From Eledone cirrhosa (lineage: Eukaryota), in NCBI GenBank assembly GCA_964016885.1, contig OZ024746.1, forward strand, positions 76,570,001 through 76,634,000: DNA of 64,000 nt. The letters run 5' to 3'. Positions 39,830-52,300 of this stretch are shown piece by piece. The notes below the pieces were generated by a model. That model did not search any database. It was not told where the DNA came from and worked only from the letters and a program-made list of their open reading frames with translations. Numbering within the stretch: the first letter of the stretch is position 1; each line of letters opens with the position of its first letter. The position numbers and the translations under genes are program-made.

Positions 39830-42800
39830 ACTAGAAAGGTAGTTGGCCAATCCCAACTGAAGAGCTCTCTCTGCTCTGGGGAGAGGAGGTGATAGGGGAG
39901 GGAGATATGTATGAAGTTATAAATGTGTGTGGTAATTTGGCATGGCAATGAGTAAGGGGTGGTTGATAGTGTATGGGGAGAGGGGTTGTAGTGGTGTAGG
40001 GGATGTGGTCAATAGTGCAGGGGCTGGGCAGTGATGGAAAGATAGGTAACGGGTGGTAGTGTGCGGGGTGCACAAGGAGCAGAGAGAGTAGGTGCTAGGG
40101 TCTATAGTGAGGATATCTAAGAGCTTTAGAGAGGGGAGTAGCTAAAGAGTGGTTCTGGAGGGGGCATAGGTGGTAGGTGCAGTAGTGGTGAGGATAACTG
40201 CTGGGGAGTGCTAGTCGAAGGGAAGGAGGGACACATGGATGGGTCAGGTCATTATATACTTGTGGCTAGGTCTTCATCACTGCATAGCACTAGCCTTCTT
40301 GGTCCTTTATCATCTAAGGTTGTCCCAAATCTTCCTGAGTTTGTCTTTTCAATGAATTTCTCTGCATTTCATGCAGCTGTTATCCTCCATATACATCACA
40401 AGTCTATACCAGCGCAGTCTTCTTTCTTGCACACAACATCCAATTCCTCTTATGCCAAGTTTTTTCTCTGTTCACTTATGCTATGCCGTTCATGCACCCT
40501 AACATTAAAAATCCATCAAAGCATACTCTATTTCTTTCCAGCCTTCACAGGTCTTCTGCAGTCAAGGCCTATTTTTCACTGATATGTAGCATTGCAGTTT
40601 GCACATAGGCATAATACACTCTCCTCTTCACTTTGAGAGAGAAGTGTTTTGTTGTCAGCAGAAGTATCAGCTCTCTAAACTTCTTCCAGCTTGTTCTTAT
40701 CCTGGCTATCACACTTTCAGTGCATCCTCCCTATTGCAAATTTAATCGTCTAAGTAACAAAAGCTGTCAACAACTTCTAAGGAATCTCCCTGATAACTGA
40801 AGGAATCTACTTCATGTGTTCTTAGTGCTTACTTCTCCTGTATATCTGTCACATACAAAATCTATATTTTCTGTTAATCTGCCTGCAATCTTGCTACATC
40901 TATTGTGCATCCATGGATTACACTGTACACCTTATAGAATTTCTACCCACCCCTTTCTGACATATCATACAAGGCCATTTTCCTGAAGGTATCACCCTCC
41001 TGTCCACTTTCCTACTTAACACTTTCATCTTTGCTAAGATTACTTTTAGGCCTTTCAACTCAAGGTTCTTCCATGCTTGAAATGTTGTCTAACTCCTATG
41101 GATTCAGCTATGAGGGCTAGGTCATCGGCATATAAGTGCTCCCTTGGCCTGAAAGACAATGATAAATAGGAGTGGACTAAAAACTGAGCCTTGGTGGACC
41201 CCCACCAGCACTTCAAATTTATCACTATACTCATTTCCAACTCTCACTGCTGATTGCTCCTTTATACATGGCCTGCACAGCCTTTTAAGTCATGAAAGTA
41301 GGCACCTAGCTTCCTAAGTGCCCACCAGATTACAGAGCATGAGACCCTGTCAAAGGTCTTCTCTATACCTACAAAAGCCAGACACAGTGTTTTACTCTTA
41401 GTTAAGTAGCTCTCCTGTGGTTGTCTCATCAGAAAGGCATTGGTAGTACTCCCTCAGTTTGGTCCACATGGGGTAGGCCCTCACTGTTCCATTTATTTTC
41501 CTTGTTCAGTATTATGTCTCCCATACCATTTTCTTTTTGCCATCAGACAGGGCAAGTACTCCACTATAATTTCCCCAACCACATCACGATTTTCTGTCTG
41601 TCTCACAATCTTAAACATTTTAAGCCTCTGATCTTCTCGATGCAGAACATGTGCAAACTTCTTTTCTGCTTCTTACTAGGTATACCTGGCGCATAGCCTC
41701 TCTTTTAGCTATTTAGTATTTCTCCCAGTCTCTCCAGGTTTGTCGTTTTGTTTTTATGGCTCTACCTTATTCCACTACCACAACACTCTGGCTTTTTGCG
41801 ATCTTACTCTAGCCACAGGCTTAGTTTGTGGCTTCCAGCAGGCTGTCCTGTAGGAATTCCCAGTTTTCCTCTATGTTATATGTGGCTTCATCTCCTCTTC
41901 CTTAGTGTCATAGACGTCAAGTAGGATTTCACTTAATTTGTTACCTGCTGCAAGTTTTCCCAACTTCCAGGTCTTCCATCTCCAGATTGGCTTTTGTGTA
42001 TTATTCCATCTAGCCCTTATTCTAAGGTCACTAACAACTAGGTTGGGAGGTACATTCTCCCAAAGGAAAGGATTTGGCATTTACAACCATCTGCCTGTTC
42101 CATTTCCTGGTGAGGATGAAATCTATTTGGCCTGTATGCCTCCCACCGCTTAACACAATTGGTAGGCAATTATATGGCTGACTGGTTTCTTGAAGTTTGT
42201 GTTGCAGATCATTAGGTTGAGAGCATCACAGAACACCAGAAGCCTAGTCCCCTCCTCACTTCTTGTGCCATAACCATAGCCTCCATGTATGCCAGGGATC
42301 TGTTATGATGTTTGCTAACATGTTCATTGAAGTCACCAGCTGCGCTAATGAGGTCATCTGTCATTGAGGAACTCTGTAGAAGAGCCTCATAGAAATGGTT
42401 CTTTTGCTTGTCTGCAAATCCAGCTTGAAGGGTGTATGCAGATATTATAGTGGCTGTAGTATTGCCCAATGCTAGTCTAAGTTTAATTACCCTATCACTT
42501 ATTCCGACTACCTCAATTACCTGGTCTACCCATCTCTCAGCAAGGAGCATTCTTATTCCACTCACCCCATTATTGCTCCCACCCAGAAGAATGAGTACCG
42601 TTGGTCCTTGCCTATGATGTGATGAGCCTGGCTGGAGTACCCCTCCACTATACCTCTTGCCGACAGCACACATCTACTTGTCTCTTCGCTAGCATCTCAC
42701 CACACATTGATAGGGGCAAATCTAAAGTTCCGTGTATGATGATAAGGAGACTGCATGACTCCTTGGTGATAATCAGGGGTTTACATGCATGTTGGTTTCC

Positions 42801-43140
42801 TTTATCTACTACATTATGTAGTTACTCAGATGTTTGTAGTCTCCACCAGCTGGGGATACCACTAGTCACAAAGTCCATTGCAGTTTGCATGGACCTCCTA
42901 TAGTTCTCTGATGTAGCTAGTATAGCATTTACTACAGTGAGTAGTTGGAGAGGCAATATGCATGTACATACCCATGTATATATTATGAGAGCATACAGCC
43001 CTCACCCACAGTGCAGGAGGGTTATGCATATGCATATATGCATTACCTACTCCCACACTGGGAGAAGCTTCTCAGTGGTGGGGGGGGGGGGGGGCATATT
43101 TGTGATTGCATGGTGTGCTGATAGGGGCGTGAGGGTAGGA
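39830..43140 (-). mobile_element. RTE LINE, full-length degraded copy of an older subfamily, including 5' region
   Basis: EN (42212-42673, AGDFNEHV), EHLYADDLALIAES (~41100-41140), C-terminal fragments, purine-skewed 3' UTR. Confidence 0.88.
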
Positions 43141-44739
43141 AAATAGCCTCTTGATCAACAAAGTCTAAGTTTGAAAATGTATGCTAAAATCGAAAAACAT
43201 ACAGAAGGGAATGAATTAAATTTGAGCCTACACAAACCTTTAAAAAATAAAAAAATGTTTGGCCTACTGTCACATAAGTGCAGGCATACCACAGACATCT
43301 TGCAATTACATATTCTATATTATGCAGCAGAATATAAAATCCCATGTGTGTACTGCCAATCTAACAGGACTGAAACAGAGTCTCCACATACTTTCTGCCA
43401 TTTTATTCTTCAAAATTCAAAATAACACTATGAAAATCAATTTCACTAGCAATGAAGAATTAACTCAGTCTAGTTTAAATAAATCAAGTTTGAGGCATAG
43501 CAAACTTTAAAAAATATTTGATGCTTGAATTTGTTGAAAGTATTTTCTGCTGATGCTTACATTGAAATACCTCCCAAATTTGCTGTCAGTTAATAAATTG
43601 AACGATTTTTAACATTTTCCAACATTTCTTTTATGTACTAACAGTAAATGTTAGTTATATTGCAAAATCTTCACCATTAACATTAGCAGGATAAAGGTGT
43701 ACTAACTCTTGACTGAGTACTACTTTCACTATCACTCACCCGCTTTTCTATTCACTGAACCCTTTCAGTAATACTAGAGACAGCACTGAATCGCTCTGGC
43801 CCTCTAAACTTTGACACTCATACTCTTTCCTATTCACTGCTCCATGCCTCCCATGTAATGAGGGATAGCATTAAACTTGTCCATATTCAATCCTCTCTTT
43901 CTTTTCTCTCAAGACACCTATGTATGAAGATTGCACCAGATCTGCTGCACCCTACCATCATGCTTTTTGTCCTGCCGGGCATCACTATCTCTACTATTCC
44001 CCTTTTTGACCATGTCTTAAATGAAAAGAGATACCATAGGGTAGTGAGAACGTTTTAGCTATGCAGGGCAGGAGGCAACCTCAGAGCTGGTGCAATTAAT
44101 AATAATACACACACTGAGCAAAGACAGAATAAGGTTATAAAGACTCTTTAGTCTAGCAGAAATCGTGACAACCTGTCAAGTGTTGGTACAACTATAAAAA
44201 TGCACTATGAAGGGGTTAGTGCTAGGAAGGACATCCAGCTATAGAAACCAAAAATGGAATCTTAGAGTGAGATGTGGTCCCTTGACCTGTCTGAGTGTAG
44301 TATTTCTGAATAAGAACTGAATTAGACTGTGACAATTTATCCAATCCAAGTCAGCATGAAAAGTGAATGTAAAATGATGATCATGATATGCTACAATTTG
44401 TTTACTACAGACCAAAACCCATAATGGACATAAAAGCATTTGTATGCTGTAGAGTTGTTCACATGCTGCCATGACAAAAGATACATAAAAAAGCAAAACA
44501 TCCAAACAAAAAGCTAAATATGCAACATGCAAGGAAAAGCTAAATCCATTACATTACTTTTTAGCAATATTATTTTAAACAAATTGCAAAATTTCTAAGA
44601 AAAATTCTAAATTTTGGTATGATTAATTTTAGAACAAAGAAAACAAAGCATTATTTTTTTTTTTTTTAAACTAAAGATTTATAACATTTTAATTACTACA
44701 AATAAATTGACAAAAATTGATGTGAAAGATTTTCTTTAA

Positions 44740-44920
44740 CTCTTAATATCCTGTATCACATGAAACTGTAATAGCAAGAGGTTCTTGGAAAGTACTGAAC
44801 AGCACTATGACAGCATCACATTAAAATTGTATGTCTTTACACTAATATTGCAAATTTTTACAATGATCTGTCTACAAGTAAAGACACTATAAATATGAAT
44901 TAACTACAGGATGCTAAAAG
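44740..44920 (+). mobile_element. MITE family B
   Basis: TTAA at 44736-44739 and 44921-44924; same body. Further decayed copies at ~34900-35050 and ~57925-58092. Confidence 0.8.
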
Positions 44921-45020
44921 TTAAAAGCAATAAATCTGTACAAAGGCCTATAACATGTAATTTCATTTATCATACTTGAAAATACATCACAAGAATCTTT
45001 TAACTGCATGCAAGTATTAA

Positions 45021-45219
45021 CTCTTCCATTACCATATTTCTAATGAAATGCACTGCCTATGATTTTCAAATTATTTTGAAAATAATCAAGAATTTTGAGG
45101 GATACAGTAATATAACATTCTCATTATTAAGCTTGTATTTTTAGATAAACAAAGATTTTAAAATAAACAGCTACATATAGAATCAAGAGTAGTTTTCTAG
45201 CCTTTTGATACCAAAAGGG
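45021..45219 (-). mobile_element. TTAA-flanked MITE family C (abundant, older)
   Basis: TTAA|CTCTTCCATTACCATATTTC ... GATACCAAAAGGG|TTAA. Related copies near 4900-5200, 11060-11390, 14790-15013, 28854-29062, 29377-29593, 35520-35866, 37000-37328, 49240/52640, 60760-60916, 61581-61990. Confidence 0.75.
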
Positions 45220-45337
45220 TTAATATACACATCGCATTTTCACTATCAAAACAAAATTAAGAAAACTATAAATGTTCATTTTGTGCTACAAGGGACAGGA
45301 AAACAAAACAAAAAAAATCAAAACAAAAATCACTGAC

Positions 45338-47091
45338 CTTTTAATCCAAATTGGTTCTTCTGTAGTTGAGTTATCAGTAAACGAAGATTTTAGGGAGACA
45401 TTTTTACTTTTTTGAATAGCAGTCTTAATGTCAGCCATTGTATGATTAAGAGCTTCTTTGGCATCAAGTTCATCTTTAATTCCACTAGTATCAATATTTT
45501 TTCCTTTGCCATTTATATGAACTTCTTCACCGTTTATCTCCTGATTAAGCTCAGACTTTTGCTTCAATTGCAACATCTTGGCAGGAGAGTCACATTCATG
45601 AGGGAATGCCTCATCAACATCACTAGCTTGACTTCCAGATAAACCATCTTCTACAATTGGCATTCCTCCAGTATTAGACTTTTCCTCATCAGACAATACA
45701 CTCTCCACTTCAGCACTATCACACTCAGTATTCTCAGGAGACAATGTGAATGCTCTCTTTTCTTCAACCACTAAAGGTTCAGTGTTATTTAAAGGAATCT
45801 CAGTTAAACAATCTTCACTCACTCTTACTTGATGCTGACTACGATCAGAGATTTCTGGTCCATTTTTTTGGTGAATGATTTTCTCAGGAGAACAATCACG
45901 AGAGCTCTCAGGTGAACTGCTACTAATACTTGAACTAGGAAAAGCTAAACGCATTCCAACATAAGAATTGCCCTGATGAATGCGTGCATATTTAACATAA
46001 TCATATTCATTTTCAATATTAACATTCTTCCGGGCTGAATTTCTATCAGGCTTAGCTACTTCATTATGCATAGTCACATCGAGATCTGATTGCAAAGTTT
46101 GCTCAACAGGAGATATTTGCTTCAGGTCTTGATTATTATATGGAAGAGTCTCTCGTTCTGAACTAGATCCATCTCTATCACTACAACTGCCAGAACTATT
46201 ACTATGATTTACCCGTCTTGCAAATCCTGGAGACTGGCGTTTTATCTTAGGTTTAGCTCCCTGGGAATTATACTTTGTTGAAGATGGTATATTTCTTTCA
46301 TCATAATTTTTTACTTCTCCAATAGTTGGAATATTATTTCGAATCTCTAAACTATTCCTTTTTTTAATAGTCTCATCTGGGCTACAATACTTGGAGTCTT
46401 TTGATTTTTCTCTAAGATTAACTGCTCCTTCCCAGGGTTTCTCTAAACCAATACCAGCAGCAGTATAGAGGATTCCATACCTGCCCATCAGCTTTCCATC
46501 TTTCTCTTCAACTATATCTGAACGTAGTTCATTCTGTCTTGAAGAATGTTTACTGTATTGATGGCTTCCTCCAACACTCTCACTTCCATCTGAAAGAGTA
46601 TCAGAACCACTCTTGGAATGAATACTATTCTGACCAAGAATGTCTGGAGCTAAGTTCTGATGAGAACCAAGGTCCTTACCAGAACATTTGCACAGCTTTT
46701 CTGTGAGACTATCAGCAAGAATGTCAGCAGAATGGTCCATATCATCAGTAGGGAAATCAATCTCTACATCAGGATAATCATTAATACATGACTCTCCACT
46801 CTCATCACTGTCGTGTTGCAAACCCATACTTTCTAACCCTTCATCATCAATCAAGTTTTGATATGACAAAGAACTAATTTCACTGGCTTGACGAGAACCA
46901 CTCTCACCGAGGTTGACTTCCATGCTCAAGTTATCTGTGTCATCAGCAGTATGCTCTGACAACTGCTCAAAACTAAGGGCAGATCCCCGTAAAGAGATAT
47001 CCCCTCCACATGCTCCTTCAAGGTTAACATCACAGTTCTCCTCAGTGTCAGAGTAAGCTAACGTATTACACCTCTCCTCTAAGTCAGACAT
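45338..47091 (-). CDS. APBA1: X11/Mint (APBA/Lin-10 family) adaptor, first coding exon (584 codons + 2 nt; acidic disordered N-terminus with CASK-binding motif)
   Basis: 1.8-kb non-repetitive ORF. ATG at 47091 is preceded by an in-frame TGA (47100-47098). C-terminal ...ADIKTAIQKSKNVSLKSSFTDNSTTEEPIWIKR resembles the Mint1 CASK-interaction region as I recall it (KDIKEAIEEVK...EPIWVMR). Donor AAG|GTCAGT at 45338/45337, phase 2. PTB/PDZ domains are not in the window, so the symbol is family-level. Confidence 0.8.
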
Positions 47092-47151
47092 AATGTGTCA
47101 ATTTTTAATACAGCTTACAGGGAACACTTTATTCTGCCCGTGTTTCCTCAC
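47092..47151 (-). other. 5' UTR portion of the first coding exon of the Mint gene
   Basis: Acceptor ttttattcttatttttaattccAG|G at 47153-47152, 60 nt upstream of the ATG; implies an upstream non-coding exon. Confidence 0.7.
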
Positions 47152-47442
47152 CTGGAATTAAAAATAAGAATAAAAATGTTACATTTTATATTTAACACAT
47201 ATTTAATTTTTAAATAACTATTTCATATTATTGTGAATAAAATATAAAACTAAGAGAATTTGAAAAAAAAAATTTAATTAAATTTACAGCTCATATGCAT
47301 TAAGGTTTAGCTGGCTTATGAAAAGCAATGTGAAATGAAGTGTCTTGTTGAAGAACAATGTGCCACCTAAACCAAGAATCAAACCCATAACCTTATGATA
47401 AGGAGACCAACACCTTAACCATTATCATGTGTGCATGAGTGC

Positions 47443-48657
47443 GTGTGCTGAAAAGTTCATAGGCTGATTATGAAGGAGTGAATTATGCCAGAGCTATGAA
47501 ATCTTGCATGCATTAATTTCAGCTCTTCATATTAATAACCACATTGTTTCTTTCTTGGTAAACTGACATCTGACTGTTCAAAGAAGACTTTAAAAGTAAC
47601 TAGTAGTGATTTCTCTTGAAATTGGACAAAATTTGGCATTGTGGTGTTATCAAGTACCTACAAAAAAATGGTTTACCCAAGGACATTCATGCTGACATGG
47701 TTCCTGCATTAGCAGATGACACTCTTTATCAACAGTGCAAAAGTGAGCAGCTGAATTTAGGAGGGGAAGGAAGAGTCTTGAAGACGACCCAAGGTCTGGA
47801 CGTTTAGCAACTGCCACCACTAAGGAAAACATTGATCGTGTTCACCACATGCTGATGGATGACAGGCAAATGACTATAAATCGAATAGCTAATGCTATTA
47901 GCATATTCCATAAGAGAGTTGATAATATTCTGCCCAATGAACTTAGCATGACAATGGTTCTTGCTCAATGGGTGTCTTTTGACACCATGCTGATCACATC
48001 ACAGGGAAAATCTGACATTGAGACAGAACCAGCTGGTTTCCTTGAACTTTTCCTAACCCAGGATGTGTGTTGGATTCATCACTTTGAGCCAATCCATGCA
48101 GTGGAAACACCCCTCCTCACCTGCTCCAAAGAAGGCCAAGATCGTTTCATCTGCAGGGAAGGTGATGGTCTCAATTTTGGAGAAATGAAAAAAGTATTGT
48201 GTGTATTGACTTGTTTCAATGGAGAGTACTATGCCAACCTGCTGAGGCAGTTACAAAAGGCTATCAAGACCAAACGTCCAGGAAAACTGACACGTTTCAT
48301 CAGGACGTTGAAACTCAAGTCTTTGGTTTCAATAGCTGTTGTGCGTGACTGGCTTTGAACTGGTTGATCATACTCCCTATTCTCAAGATTTGGCCCCATC
48401 TGACTAACACCTGTCCCTCAACATGAAAAAAACAGTTGGCTGAGAACCAGTATCACAGTGATGATGACGTCATATCTGCTGTTTCTGACTTATTTGAGCA
48501 ACAGGATGAAAGCTTCTTCACCAATGGGCTCCAAGCACTGCAACACCAATGGAAGAAGTGTGTGAACCGCAAAGGGGACTATGTTGAAAAATAAATCTAT
48601 TTGGTCACATTCCACAAGAATATCTTGGTCGGTCTAAGAATTTTTCAGCCAACCCTA
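47443..48657 (+). mobile_element. mariner (Tc1/mariner) DNA transposon, full-length, inactive
   Basis: GVIKYLQK..DIHADM HTH, EDDPRSGR, TQDVCWIHHFEP, PYSQDLAPSD (~48376-48405); decayed TIRs gctgaaaagttcataggctga / tcggtctaagaatttttcagc; ~1.2 kb. Confidence 0.9.
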
Positions 48658-49335
48658 CCAAAATCAATGTGCCAGATAAAGAACCCCCCCCCCCCCACTT
48701 GGTACCATAGGTGTTGTTGATGATGTTGCTACAATCGTTAGTGTTATTGGTTAGTGTTGTCAACACTAATACGAACGTACCCATAACGACTTCCATCACA
48801 CAGAGAATCACAACTAGACACCTAAAACTACTTGCTGTAGCCACACACTAAGCATTCATTGTAAATACTACTCTTAATGACAATTAGGACTGTTGTTATT
48901 GTTGGCGTTGATGCTGATACACAATTCTATTTCTATTACTAAAACAGATCTCTTATACCTTGTCTTGAATGTCATTCCTCCTATCCACTAATGTTTTCCT
49001 TTATTTTATTTTATTACCACTACCATCATTATCATTATAGAGGGGACAGGTTCCATTGGTGAGGCAGTCCATCTGCTGCCAACACCTACAGGGGGCTGGA
49101 CATGCCGTGGCAAATGGTTACAAACATCTATGGAGCAGATGGAACTTTCACTGGGTCAGGGTTTAAAGAGTTAATACTTTCATTAGCAACCCAGTCAAAA
49201 CTGGCTCTGATGAAATATAAAACAAAACCACCTATTTTAATTTGTTCATTACTATATTTTGAATGAAAGACACTGCCTATGATTTTGAAATAATTTGGAA
49301 AATAATCAAGAATTTGGAGAGATTTAGTAACATAA

Positions 49336-52300
49336 AGGAAAGGAAGAGCAGGAGAAATCGTAGAAATGCTAGAGCGAAAGGAAGTTGATGTATGCTGTGT
49401 GCAAGAGACTAGATGGAGAGGAGGGTCTGCTAGAGTCCTTGTAGGAAAAAGCCAGTGCTACAAATTTTTCTGGGTGGGAAATGACGATGGGATGGGTGGT
49501 GTAGGTAAACAAGTGTAGACAAGTGGGTAGATAAAGTAATCTCAGTGTACAGGGTAAATGCAAGAATCATTAAACTCAGACTAGTCCTGAATAAGACAAT
49601 TACCACAATAATATCAGCTTACGCACCCCAATCGGGGCTGCCAGACGAACTTAAGGATAGGTTTTACGAGTCCCTAATACACACTACTGCTCTAACAGAC
49701 GACAAGGACTTCCTAATCATTGCAGGAGATTTTAACGGACACGTAGGTAAACACTGCGACGGCTTCAATAGAGTACATGGAGGCCATGGAGTTGGCACAA
49801 GGAATGAGGAAGGATTCAGACTTCTAGAATTCTGCGACGCCAATGACATGTCGATATGTAACACAAACTTTAAAAAACCCGACAACCACCTGATCACCTA
49901 TAGATCAGGGGAGCACTCTAGTCAGTTAGATTTTATCCTCATCAGAGGACGTGATAGATGGACGGTCGTAAACACAAAAGCCTTCCCTAGTGAGGAATGT
50001 ACATCGCAACATTAGCTTAGTTGTCAGCGACCTCACGGTCAGAACTAGACGAACCCGGAAACAGAAGCCAACCTGGAGAAGAAAGATCTGGAAGCTGAAA
50101 GTCCCCTCAACCAGTAACAGATTTAAAGATATTTTACTCAACGCCTACGACAGTAAAGAAGAACAGATAGAGACATTTAACGTAGAAGAGAACTGGGAGT
50201 TCCTAAAAAATAACTTACTAGAGGCGACGGATGAGGTTTGTGGCTGGAGTAAGACCTCAAGCAGGAGGAGAGTGACTTGGTGGTGGAACAATAAGGTAGA
50301 TGAAGCAGTCAAGGCCAAGAGACAGGCATGGAAAGAATGGAAGAACGGGGGGAGCAGGGTACATTACATAGAGACCAAGAGGGAAGCTAGGCGACAAGTA
50401 TACTTAGCTAGGAGGGAAGCAGAGGATAGAAAATTCAAGCATGTTTTACAACCTGAGGACCAGAAACAGGAGGTATTCAAGATTGCGAGGCAGTGTGTCA
50501 GAGATAGTTGTGATGTCATTGGAGAGAAGTGTATCCGGAATGATAAAGGTGAGCTTGCCCTCACAAGTGCTGAGAAGAAAGATGCATGGAAGAGTCATTA
50601 TGATAGATTACTAAATGAGGAGAATGCATGGGAAGAAGAGACCCTACCCCACGTAGACCCTATAGAGGGACCAGCAGTACAAGTCAGCGGCAGCGTAGTA
50701 AGTAAGGCAATCAGAGATATGAAGATAGGGAAGGCAACCGGTCCATCGGGTATAGCTGCCGAGATGCTGAAGGCATCTGGGTCTGTAGGTCACACTATAA
50801 CCACACGTATCGTTAACCAGGTAATACTAGAAGGGGCCATACCAAAAGATTGGTGCAGTAGCATCATTGTCAACTGCTACAAAGGTAAAGGCGATGCACT
50901 AGATAGAGGAAACTATAGAGGTATAAAGTTGATGGACCAGGTCATGAAAGTAACAGAAAGAGTTATAGCACAGCTGATTAGGGACCGGGTGAAAATAGAC
51001 GAGATGCAATTTGGGTTTGTACGAGGGAAAGGCACCACTGATGCCCTCTTCCTTGTGAGGCAATTACAGGAAAAGTACCTAGCTAAAAGTAAGCCACTCT
51101 ACTTGGCATTTGTCGACCTTGAGAAAGCCTTTGACAGAGTTCCACGTGCAGTAATCTGGTGGGCTCTTAGAAAACTAGGAGTAGATGAATGGCTTGTGAA
51201 AGCGGTACAAGCCATGTATAGGGGAGCAGTCAGCAAAGTTAGGATTAGCAATGAGTATAGCGAGGAATTTAGCGTACAGGTTGGGGTCCACCAGGGCTCT
51301 GTTCTTAGCCCTCTCCTGTTCATCATAGTCCTGCAGGCAATAACGGAGGAGTTTAAGACCGGATGCCCATGGGAACTCCTGTATGCTGATGACCTCGCAC
51401 TCATAGCTGAATCTATGGTAGAACTAGAGAATAAATTCCAAACCTGGAAGCAGGGACTAGAGAGAAAGGGCCTCAAAGTCAACATGACAAAGACTAAGGT
51501 CCTTGTAAGTAGACGAGAAAACAGAACCCAGATCCCCTCAGGGAAATGGCCTTGCTCAGTATGTAGGAAAGGTGTAGGTAGGAACTCCATTCTCTGCCCC
51601 AAATGCAAACAATGGGTACACAAGAGATGTAGCGGGATCTCAGGAAGCTTAATTAAGAATGTAGGATTCACATGCAGCAGCTGTGCTGAAACAGCAAGCA
51701 AACAGCCACAGGAAACAAGTACCACCAATCTCTGGGAGGGCCCTGTAGAAACAGTAGACAGCTTCTGCTACCTAGGTGACCGAATTAGCAACGGAGGTGG
51801 GTGCTCAGAAAGTACAATAACTAGGGTAAGAACGGGATGGAAGAAGTTTAGGGAACTACTACCACTGCTAGCTGCAAAAGGCTTCTCCCTCAGAATGAAA
51901 GGCAGACTGTATGATGTGTGTATCCGAACAGCGATGTTGCATGGTAGTGAGACCTGGGCGCTGAAGGTGGAAGACTTACGTAGATTAGAGAGAAACGAAG
52001 CCTGCATGCTCCGATGGATGTGTAACAGTAATATACGTGAACGACAAAGCATAAAGGAATTGAGAGAGAGACTGAGCATAAGAGGAATCAAATGCTGCGT
52101 GCAGGAGAGGCGGTTACGCTGGTATGGACATGTGATGCGTATGAAGGATGACAGCTGCATAAAAAGGTGCAGAGCACTAGAAGTTGATGGAAACCGCGGA
52201 GTGGGGAGACCCAAGATGACTTGGAATGAGGTGATAAAAGCCGACCTTACCCAACTACACCTCTCAAAGTCAATGACACACGACCGTGACTTCTGGCGTC

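Noticed and set aside
45286-45337. Hydrophobic C-terminal tail (SVIFVLIFFVLFSCPL) of the 601-aa ORF as a membrane anchor
   Set aside because: It lies past a good GT donor in T-rich intron sequence, and an in-phase next exon exists; only intron-retention evidence could rescue it.
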